Shown piece after piece: positions 13,501 through 25,500 of a DNA stretch of 61,546 bases; position 1 is the stretch's first letter, and each line of letters begins with the position of its first letter. The notes under the pieces were generated by a model. The model had not been told where the DNA came from. It saw only the letters and a list, made by a program, of their open reading frames with translations, and ran no database searches. The position numbers and the translations under genes were made by a program. The DNA is from Enoplolaimus lenunculus (taxonomy: Eukaryota), in assembly GCA_030248215.1 (NCBI GenBank), contig JASANG010002125.1, forward strand, positions 434,001 through 495,546, in the 5' to 3' direction.

Positions 13501-16500
13501 ACGTGTGTGCGGAAAGTGTGAAAGAGGCTAATGTTGAAGGTATAATAATTATCACAACGCGTAACTAAATATGTGAAATTTGGTTGGTAATAAAGAGTCT
13601 GGCGTCAATATTTTGAGTCTGAATCAATACGAGTATATTTTCCTAATTGGACGAAGTGAATGAGTAAAGCCTAAAATTAGTAATGGTCCATGAACGTTCA
13701 CTACGCTAATTAGATTGTATAAATGGTTCCAGCTCGTTGACCAGATAAAGATAAGTGCAGAATTTGATTCGCTACTCAAAGTATAATGTTACCTATGTTC
13801 ACAACAGTATGCACACGTCGCATAAAAGGTTCTTCCTAAAGCAATGAAATTAAACCGTAGAAAATCGCTAGCACAAAGGTAAAGGCGTGTGGTCGAAATA
13901 ACTAGAGCTGAATTAAAAAATAAATAACAGTTCCGAGCCGAATAGCGAAGATGGAACCCGGAACCCTCTGGATAAGCGAACTAAACACCAGTCATGCTGT
14001 TCTCTTATTCGGGTCAATATATTAAGATCATTGTGCTTGAGTTTACCTTTAGGCTTGTGTTTGTTTTAAGATATGAGTAAGATATTTAAGGTTAGGATTA
14101 AGCTTAAGTTTATACTCAAGAATTAAAGGGCGGTGTAGGAATTTGTTCAGGCGGGTATTCGCGTACACCCCTTATTTTTGCTATCTTTCGCTGATTTTGT
14201 CTGATTTAGTTATTTGCAGTATTTGATGCTGTCTTAAATTTTATCAATTTTTTGCCTAGAGAGGGGTGACAACACCTTTAGCCCCCCTTGTAAGGAGTAA
14301 TAGTGTTGCGCAAGCTTCATTCGCTGCATCCTTAGACAATCGTGTGAAATTTTTGGTATATGATTGAGTTGATTTTTAGGGCATTTTACTATTGTAAACA
14401 ATGTCACGAAGATATAACTGATGTTACGTTGATCAAGAAGTGCAAATGTAAAAATTGTAAGTTTTTCTTTTGACGGCCATCACATACTCAACTCACGTTT
14501 GAGCTTTTTTTTCAGTTGTTATGTACTTTCAGCCAGCTTTCACAGAAAAGCATTGGTAAATATTGAAAAATTTTTGCAACTTTTTCTCGTGCTGCTCGTC
14601 AACTGAAACGTTTATTCGACATGAAAATTTGAACTTTTAAAAAATTCGATTTTTTTTAAATTATCAAAAATTGCCAAATTTTAAAATTTATATATCATTT
14701 GACGGTAATCGTGAGCGTTTGTGATTTGCTAATTGCGTTACAATAATTGTATTTTCAGTGGCGTTGTTTCGAAAAGGCGTGCGTCAGATTCAAATCGCTA
14801 ACCGAGCAGGTAAAGAAATTTATAGTGTAAAATTTGTACCGATAGACAAATTTTTGCATATTTATGAAATATTCGACTGGTTTCAACGCGATTATCTGAT
14901 TTTCGTAAACTTCCCAGTCATCAGCTTAGTAATTTTTACCAAAATTTTAACCATTGGTTTACCTGTATTAATACATTTCATATTGTAAATAATGATGAGG
15001 GAAATTTTTTATTATGCAGCATCTACAATAAAACTTGTACACGAGGTTTGTGTGTTTGTTTATTGAGCAGAAAATATTGGAAATACAGTAGCAATTACAA
15101 GTACAAAAAATGGAAACAATAGCATTGGTGCTCAATAAAGTTAAGGCTAGAAATGGAACGAAATTCACTGATATCTAACCTAAGTTTCGGTCGAATTTGA
15201 TGAAAAGTGGAAAATCTATTTCACAACACTATTCAAATTTTAACTGAAATTTTAAACCGTATTTGAATGCAACTTTTGCAACAACGCAGATATTTCAACT
15301 TAAATTGTCGATTCGTGCGTTTAATAATCCGCACACCATGTACGTAATTGACCTTGCGTGCGTGCGAGTCGTTCAAGAACTGAGCATTTTGTCAAATTTA
15401 AGATTTTCAGGCATTGAAATTAGAATCTGTTGCATGTATTAATTTCAAGAAGCATAATATATAATTGACATCTTAGCGAGAAAACTTTAAATTGATTCCG
15501 ACATTGAAAACTGTAGCGTATCTTTTATAGATAATATATCTATTGATTTTGATGAAGATGACTTTGAAGGTTCGGATGTTAATGCTCATGTGTTTTAACT
15601 TCTGGGACGATTTGTGCTTTTGCTTTTTACCTGCAGCTTTGACCTGTATTTCTTTGCACAGACCGCAGTTAAAATATCTTTTTTGCTAAAATTTATCCTG
15701 TTAAAGACAAACTTTTTCAGTACGAAACCATTTTTGCAAAGGTATACCAGGTACTGATTTATTGCTTGTTTTTAATTTCAAGTATTGCAAAATGTGTACG
15801 CAAAATTTAATATTTTGCAATAAATATTTGCAAATGAACAGTTACATTAAATTAATAATATCAAGAGTGTATAATACAAGAGTTTGCAACTCTTGGGGCT
15901 CCGCATGGTACAAAATGTACCACGAGGCGTTGCGTTTTTGGCAGAACTCTCTTGTTAAGATGGAGGTGGGTCGCTATCACATGAATACCTTAAATTTAAC
16001 AATGTGGGGAACATGTTGGACACTGCATACTAAAGTGCCATGGTTCATACCGGTTGTACCCCCCTCTCTAAATAAATGGAGGGTAGGGCAAAAACGCAAC
16101 ACGTGTCGGGAACATCCTTTTCTACACAAATGTACCCGGTTGCAGACTCTAGTTGAAGTATGCATCGTCCACTCTTGATAATATTCACATAACATAGAGT
16201 TGTGGAATATTCAACACCCGGTACGATACAGCGAAAAGTTTACGTCAATTTTGCGCTTTATATATCAAGCTTTGCTTCACTCGCTTAAGCGACAGACTTG
16301 AAATCCATATAGGTACATATGGAAAACTTCTAAAGTCCATCTTACAAGTAATGGAGAAAAACGGATTTTCCACGCAGTATGAGTTCGCGTGCCGAGTGTA
16401 TTGCAACTCACTCTGCGTGGAAAATCTGTTTTTTGTTCCGTTACATGCAAGATGTACTTTAAGAAGTTTTCCTTATGTATATGAAATTCAAGTCAGTCAA

Positions 16501-19500
16501 TTAAACGAGCGAAACGAAGTTTAATATATAAACGCAAAATAGAAGTGAACTTTTGGTTATATCATACTGGGAGTTGTTTACTGTGTCCATGCCCGTAGCC
16601 AAAGAGGGTAGAGGGGTCCTCAGCCCCCCCCCCCCCTGGAAAAAATTCAGTCCTCCTAGCATATTTTCAACCGTGCTTGTAAGTCATTGCAACCCCTTGT
16701 ATGCCTCTCCTAAAAAGTTTGCAACAGCTTATTTCATATTATTATCGAAGATGGCAGAACTAACCACAAATTATTACACATGCTTTAAACTGCTGTGAGA
16801 GCGAAATTGCACTAACGTCTACTAAATATACAACTGTTGCTTCTTAGCTTCAATTCTGCTTGTTTTCCTGAGTTTTTAAGGCAGGAAAATTTACATCTGT
16901 CAGCCGTAAGACAACCAGCTTAGAGTTTAGTGATGAGGATGGAAATTATTTCATCATTTTCATCGATGCTTTGCCGACAAAAAGACCCTTGAAGGGAAAA
17001 CCTGTGTTCGGCTGAAGTGATGCTTCAACTCCTCATCTTTTAGGGTTAAATCAGTGTGAAAGGATAGTTTTTGATACCAGATTAACGCTTAGGTCGCATA
17101 TTCAGATAAGGGTTAACGTAGTTAACAATTGTCGCTAGAAAACTGCCACTTCAATTTGTTACCATATCAAAAACTAAAAGTAAATCTAAGTTGAATTTTT
17201 GGTGTTTGCCCTGCTATTAAGGAAGTAGTCACAGGGCCGGAGCAGCCACCCCCCGCCCATACCCCCATTTAGGTGGGGGCACTTTAAAAAGGGGCTTCAT
17301 CGTAAGAAGATTTTGAACAAAAAAATCCCAAAGATCATCGCAAAGAACTCCCATCCCGGAATTTAGGGAGGGTGCCCACCATAGTCTGGTCCGACACTAA
17401 GTAGTATATGCTAATGCAACTGTGTTTGATTCGATTTTAAGCAACTGAATTGTCTTCAATAATTGTTTTGGCCATATTTTAGCAAAACCTACCCCGCCAC
17501 AATCGAAAACGAGCCCAGCGCCTAATTTATTATCTGTTGTCGATCAAAAAATGGCCGAATCTCGAGGATCTGGACGTACGTCTCCTGGAAGAAAAGATCC
17601 TTTGAGGTAAGCCTTGCTCCGGCGTTTGAGTCAAATGCGAATTCAAAATTAGTGCGATATAATCAATTCATCAGCAACTAAAGCGTGTATATATCGTAGG
17701 CCAAGCTGCTATTCAGGCCAATTACCTATTGCCCTCGGCCAATCTGCTATTCGTAGCACAACAACAGTTATGTAAAACTAAAACGCTGATTGGTTAACGG
17801 TGTTGTGTCTGTCCAAATAATCAAATCTGATTGGTCTATAAATTTAATAGCAGTTTATTCTAGGCGAAACTGCTATTACGCAAAATAGCAGATTAGTCTA
17901 GGCGAATTGGTTATTGGCGTGAATAGCAGATTGACCTACGACTTATATACACTTGTCCAAAACAGATGGTGTTGCAAAAATGAAATTGTCGAAATTCTTA
18001 AACATTTAAGACGTAATTAAACAGGGTAGTGAAAACCTTATGCACACGTGCAAGTATTTGAAGTTATTGCTGTCAAGTTTGCCCCGTACTAGAGTTAATT
18101 TGATCCACACTACTGTTTGTTATTTTCTCAGGTCTAAACATAAGGTGAGGCTTAGGCTAAACCTCGGCCTAAGCCTAACCCTAATCCTCACTATTTAATT
18201 ACTATAATCATTGTGCGTGGGGAACTTTTATGTGGGTAAAAGTAAAATAGTGTTATCCATATTTGTAGATTATTGTTATGTAACACACATGAGTGTAAAA
18301 TAAAATTTTGCATTGAGATTTAGTTCCTATATTTGTGCAAAAAATATGTTTGGCTTCGCGTTCGCTTCGCTCGCTTGGACTTTCGCTTCAAAGTTTATAA
18401 TCGTGAACCGTAATCGGACAAACTTGAACGCAAATTTCAGTAGTCTGACATTGAAACATGCAGTTAGTTTCAAGATCGCTCTGTTCGCAACATTTTTCCA
18501 TTATGTCTTTCAATCCCCCTATGAATTGACCCCGGGAAATAAATACACCCTACGCGTAAATTACCACCCCCAGTAAATTTTTCTCCGCCCGTAAAAGTTT
18601 GGATCTGTCACTGCCTCGGTTTCCGTGCCGAAATCTCTGGCTGTGCCTCTGGGAGCTTTAAGGAGCAGTAACATGAACGGCGTTCACTAATATTTGCGGC
18701 ACTTCAGCTGTCAATTACAAACAGGACTTAAAGAAATTCTGATCAGCCGATTCAGAGCGTAAAGTTATTTTTTTGTTTTACAAAAGACTTCATTATGTTT
18801 CCTCTTAAATATTAATATATTGTTCGGTGTTGGTTATATCATGAGTGGATAATCGCCATTTAACAAGAGTATGCAACTGGATACATTCTGTGTTGAAAAG
18901 AATGTACCCGGCACGCGTTGCGTTTTTGCCCTGCCCCCCTTTATTTTGACGGGGGTGATGCGAACCATGATACTTTATGTATGCGGTGTCAAACACGCTG
19001 CACTTAATAGTTTACTTAAGGAGCATTCGTGTGATAGCGACCCCCTCTGTAAACAAGGGGGGTCGGCCAAAAACGCAACGCTCGGCAGTACATTATGTAC
19101 CACGCGGGTCCCCAAGACTTGCATACTCTTGTCATTATACACTTTTGCTTATATAAATACAGATATATCCGTAAAAGATGTTTCGGTTAAAAAAATATTG
19201 TCAAACATATATTGGCAGAAATTTGCAAGAAACTACTGAGAAGTTAACAATTTGTTATGCAACTTTGACAAATTTTCCAATTATCAATCTAACTGCAACG
19301 ACTTCGTTGTAGTAAAATTTGCAGTCACCGGAGCAGTCAACTATCTCGCTTCAAAGCTGCCCCAAAAAAACTCAAAATTAGTCGAGTCGTCGCCTGTCAT
19401 TAGGAATTTGCGTACATTAAACTCGTTATATTGAAACCTGTTGCTTGAGTCAAAGATTCCAAACTTGAGTCAAATCTCTCGAGTGAAGTTAAACTTCGAC

Positions 19501-22500
19501 TTAAGTCAATATCGATGCAACTCCACCCACTTAATATTAAATAACGACAGGTTCAATTGATGGCATTCTACATTGATTCACAATGTTGATGTTGCAAGTA
19601 TTGCAATTGTTTTTGCTAATTTTATTTATTGCAATGTTGATGTTGCAAGTATTGCAATTGTTTTTGCTAATTTTATTTATTGAATAAAAAAAATACCATT
19701 TAATTCAGCATCTCAGATTGCGACCCTAATCTGTCAACGCAGGTTTGTGACATTCGTGATTTGTTTATTAGCAAGAAAACACCTCCAGTCGCATACGAAA
19801 TACAAAAATTAATGTATGAATTTTTTGTGCTTGTTTTTGTTTTATCTTCTTTTTTTGTAATTTTTTTAATATTTTTACTTATTTTTTACCCTCATCAGTT
19901 TAGTACTGCAGTATAAACCCAGTGTATAACGATCGGTGGTACATTTTTTGTCGATGCAAACTTAGTTTCTGTTGTCGTTTGTATATGATGTTTTCATTGT
20001 CAACTTAAGCTTGACTTCGCATCATTGAATTGAAGCTTTTGGTTTAGACTCGTAAACTTAGGCTTAGGCATAGAACTGAGGTTTACGCGAACAGCCAATC
20101 ATAAATGGAAGCCTTATGCGAAGTGTTATAGTTTTCGCTGGCCGATCCAACGGCGGCCCTCGATCTTGGCTTCTCCCAGCAGGGATCAAACCAAGATTTT
20201 GTATCAAGGTTTAATACTAAAATGGCGTTTGGTTTCTCGCTAGTTTCGATCGCAAGGTTTTTCCACTATTATATCTTGCGCTGCCCCCTCGTTCAGAAAT
20301 TTCTGGATCGACCGCTGGTATAGTCTTGCTACTTTATGCATTTATTTTTGAATCATTAGGCAACCGTAAATATTTTGTTCTAGATCGACAGGGCCGGAGC
20401 AGGCTAGGGTGGGGCCCCCAAAATCCAAAGCGGGATCCCTTGTGGTGATCAAAATATTTTTCAAATTTTGTGTTTAAATTTTCTTGCAAGGGTGAAGGCC
20501 CCTTTTTAGGGATGGCCTCCCCCAAATGGGGGTATAGGGTAGCTGCTCCGGCCCTGTAGATTGAAATATAGATGTATCAGAGACGTATCACTAGTTTTTA
20601 TAACAAATTTGTTTACAAATGATTTCAATATTGTGATGATCGCAGATAGCTGGAACGAGCCATGCTGCCAGAAAATTTCGAAAAAAAACGAAAATGTCAG
20701 GAAAATTCCTATTTGACCATTGAAATCGCTTTGTTTAGTAGAAACCGGAATTTTTAAAAGATTTTCCAAGGCTGTGCAAAAAATTCAGCATTTTGATAAA
20801 ACTGCAAAAACCTCAGCAAAGCTGCATGCGTTAATAATTTATTAACATTTCGTTCAATTATTTACGTTTGGTAGTTTGGTTTTTAAATCATGTTGCAAAA
20901 TTGAATGCTAAATCTTGTAATCTTCGAATCATTTATTCTACACCAGTTACTGTACAAAATAACACTGTGTTAGCTTTGAAATACATTATTTTTTTAAATA
21001 AGGATCCGAAAGCAAAACGTCTTTGATAATAATAATAATAATAATAATAATGATAATAATAACGATGATGATAATGATAATAATAATAATAATAATAATA
21101 ATTAAAACTTTTCATAGTTTTCAAACGTTTAGGATATAAACTGCGATTACTTATTACAAGATTTTTATAAACTTTCGTCCGGCCGAAAATCATCATGTTG
21201 AGCCTTTCATCTGACGGTCATCAAGTATTACGGCACAAAATTTGAAGTTTTGAAAAAATCAATTTTAAACACTTTTGCGGAACGCTTCAAGAATAATTAT
21301 AAAGTTGAATATTTTAAAAACTTCGAGTTTAAACACTTAGCGAAACACTTCGAGAATAATTCTGAATTTGAGTTTTTGAAAAATTCGATTTTAAGCACTT
21401 AGCGAAATACTTCAACAATAATTATGAATTTAAATTTTTGAAAACTTAAAGTTTAAGCACTTAGCGAAACACTTCAAGAATAATTATGAATTTGAATTTT
21501 TAAAAAATTCGATTTTAAGCATTTAGCGAAACAATTCGAGAATAATTCTGAATTTGAGTTTTTGAAAAATTCTATTTTAAGCCTTTAGCGAAACAATTCG
21601 AGAATAATTCTGAATTTGAGTTTTTGAAAAATTCGATTTTAAGCACTTAGCAGAACAGTTCAAGAACAATTATAGCACAAAATAATCATTTTGTTGTCTT
21701 TACGTTTAGGCCATCAACCGGCCGAAAAGCGTCCTTTAGCCTTCCATCAGACGGTCGCGGTGTGGATCCGATGAAAGATTTTGAACAACAAGAAATGAAA
21801 TACGATTCGACTGGAATGTTTCATTGGTGTCCGGCGAGACCAATTGATGATTGTATTATGGTAAGGTTCTTAGCTATGCGTAGCATTGCGGTTTCGCTAT
21901 ACCTACTTTTCGTGCGGTGGCCGTCCGTCGCCGCGTGGCGCCGTACGCGAATTGCCGTGCGCTCCCGGATGGTAACTCGCGCATGATGCCCATACAGTGA
22001 CGTACAGCCACAGTGTCGGGCGACTGCAGAAATATCAAAAAAATACAGCGCTACCACTACTACGCAAGGGACAAAATCGCACCGGGATGGGGCCGATAAG
22101 ACCACAGGCTTTCAATATTAATTGATATGTTGGGGTATGGCGTGATCTTTAGTAAAATATTACCAACGATTCGTCAATGCCGAGTTAGAAAATTAATCAT
22201 ATTTAATTGGTTAGTAGGAGTCGGGCGTAGCATCAATTTCAGGTTTACGGTTCGCCACTTTAATATTCACATTTTGTTCAAAACTTGATTGTTGAATTTT
22301 CTTGCGATAGTTCTTGTGACTTTTAGATCGGAGCTATACTTTTGATGACGTCTGGCGCCGTCCGTTACCGTACGGCGACGTCTGTCATCCGTACGGCGAC
22401 CTCCGGCATCCGTACGGCGACGTCCGGCATCCGTACGACGACGTCCGTCATCCGTACGGCGACGTCCGTCATCCGTACGGCGACGTCCGTCATCCGTACG

Positions 22501-25500
22501 GCGACGTCCGTCATCCGTACGGCGACGTCCGTCATCCGTACGGCGACGTCCGTCATCCGTACGGCGACGTCCGTCATCCGTACGGCGACGTCCGTCATCC
22601 GTACGGCGACGTCCGTCACGGTCCGGCATCATATCACAACGAACGTGCATTGATGCATGGCACATCAAACAATTTGTCTACAACTGTTGAAATGTTTTTA
22701 GTCTCAAATGTGCTGGTAGCTGTCTTATTTGAAAAGCCTACTCAAAAGTTACATATGTTGCAGTCGCTTCAGCTTAAAATTGTAGCTTCGAATTGAAAAC
22801 CTTTAATAACCAAAGTTTAAATTTATTCAATGACATTTCAGTTGAATTTAAGCATTAGCGGTTCGCACCGTTTAATGAGTTCTATGACAATTTGAAAGAT
22901 TTAAAAAGTCGATTCTGTACGGATTTTTGTTTTCAGGACCGAAATCAAGCCGCAATGACAGTATTAAACGGTCACGTTGTCGTCTGTCTGTTTGCCGACA
23001 AAGAATCGCCGCTAATTGGATTGCGTAACTTTATTATGCCTCTGCGAGCATCGAATTTCCATTATCACGAACTGAAGCATGTTGTAATTGTTGGCGATAT
23101 GGAATACCTCAAACGTGAATGGAAAACGCTGTTTAACTTGCCAAAAATATCATTGCTCAGTGTACGTTTTACGTGCACTTAAGGTGGTGCCACCCGCGGA
23201 TCCAAGGACGACCCCATCTATCATGAAATTCCCAACGCTAACAGCGGTTCAAAACCCAAAATGCATTCTAAGATATAGTACTAAAATTGTGTTTGGCTTT
23301 TCGTTCACTTCTTACGTAAGCTTTTGCACTAAAATACTGTGTGTTCTCCCGTTAAAAATTTCTAAATGCGTCACAGTCTAATGTTGTATTTGTCGTGCGG
23401 GTGGGGTCACGGCAACCCCTGTACCAAAAGGTTTATTGACGTAAATTCTGTTTTGACTACACAAATGCATGCCGGCTATCGAATGATACCAGTAAAGAAT
23501 TGATAAAATGAAAAATGCAAGAGTACGCAAAAACTACGCTGTTTTTTGCCAGATTTACGGTTTAGTAAGATAGGCTGTGCTGGCTTCTGTACACTTCACA
23601 CGAGGTTAAGTTTAATGCTTACGCTTTTAGCAAAGGTAAGCGTTTTTCGAACACCTAAACCAAATCAGACATATCGGGAAAGTGTGCAAGTGCTGGTTAT
23701 AGTTTACTGTCGTTTTACCGATATTGTGTGAAAACCTATCGCTAACTGATGATAAGTTTTTGTATCGATTTCACAACACAGGCGGCCAATGTTACTTTGA
23801 GGCGCGTAACAGTAGATTAAGCGTATTCTTAAGCCTAAGCCTAAGTCGAAGCGTTGCAAAAATGAGTTCCTAAAACTAAGCCTAAGCCGAAAAATGTAAT
23901 CTAGAATCTAAACCAACTCTTTTATAGACCCACCAGAAACCTGGGCGCCCCTAAAGTAACATGGGTCACACAGCCATAGTTTTACTAGAACGATAGTTGT
24001 TTGACAGTGTCTCAATTACGAAATAGCAGCAGTGAGGAAAGGCAATATTTCCTAACTTATCATTCCATTAATGCAATTTCAAAACAATTTCTGCAGAGGG
24101 GCGTGGGGTCGTAGCTGTTGGTGGCGTAGAAACTCTTGAAGTTGCGCATTTCTGCAGAGGGGGGTCGGGTTGTAGCTGTTGGTGGCGTAGAAAGTGTTGA
24201 AGTTGCGGCCCGGTCGTTTGAGAATATAAAAACCAAAATTTCAGGGTTCACCCCTCAGTCGGGCTGACTTGCGAGCAGTGAACATTAATTTATGCGATAT
24301 GTGCGTAATCATTTGTGCCAAAATTCCTAACCCAAACGAAGATCCCACGCTGGCAGACAAAGAAGCGATCCTCGCGTCGCTAAACATCAAAGCAATGCAG
24401 TTTGACGATACGCTCGGGTTTTATCCGTTACCCCCATCTGCTGCTGGTCTCACACCTGTCGGCGGGTCGCCAATTGTGTTTCAACGGAAAGGTACCAAGT
24501 TTGGTACGAGTGTTCCGATGATTACAGAGTTGGGTAAGTTCGTTGTTACTTGGCCTGAAATGTGAGTAAAATTGCGAATGACCCAGGTTTATCGGTTATA
24601 AGCAACGTCGAACGTAGTACTATTTTTACATGCGAAAATTGTCATCACCAGGGGCGTGTATACAAGTCGCGAATACCAGGGATTTATCCCCCACGTCCGA
24701 TGTGTCGTCAAAGATTCGAAAAACGAGGTTCTACAGGCTGTAAAACAACCTGCAGAGGTCTAAAGTTTTTTCGATCGCTATGATCGCTTGATTGGTTTCA
24801 AAAAATATTACACATACTTACCTTTTCCAGGAAACCAAATTGAAGTCCTGACTACGCGCTTGTTGTCCATCGTGTTTTTAATAATTACACAGAAATAACC
24901 ATGAACAAAATGAACACGACCAGTTACAGGCTGCCACTGCCAGCGCTGACAGTTATTGAAATGTTTAAACAAGGGTTGGAACTGGCTGGATTTTTTCGGG
25001 CGTTGGCGCGGGCCGGCTCCAACCCTAGTTTGAATGCTTTCCGCTGATATGTAGTCACAAGTTCCGTAGTCCGCCACCCCTGTATAAATTCCTGGTTCCG
25101 CCATTAAACACAGTCAGGTCCGTCGCCAGCGCAATAATACCGGGAGGGGAAACTTACTTTAGAAGGCTGGCATGCGGAGAAGGTTAACAAGCTTAGCTAA
25201 AACTTGTCTGTGAAAGCAACAATCTTCCAGGGGGGCTGCGCCCTTTGGCCCTATGCCGTTACGGTCCCGTACACAATTCAAAATATCAGCCTTGTATTTT
25301 AGTGAACGATTCAAATGTCCAGTTTTTGGATCAAGACGACGACGATGACCCGGATACGGAACTGTATCTGACACAGCCATTCGCGTGCGGAACTGCCTTT
25401 GCAATATCCGTCCTTGATTCGCTCATGAGTACCGTAAGTCATACAGGAGCATGGCAGATAGCGGTCATGGAAGCTGCCCCCCCAACACAAACTAAAATTT

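Noticed and set aside
20933..21196. Poly-Tyr ORF
   Set aside because: Translation of an (ATA)n microsatellite
22267..22668. Three overlapping repetitive ORFs (RRRTDDG, IRTATSV, MTDVAVR)
   Set aside because: Readings of a stop-free 21-bp intronic minisatellite
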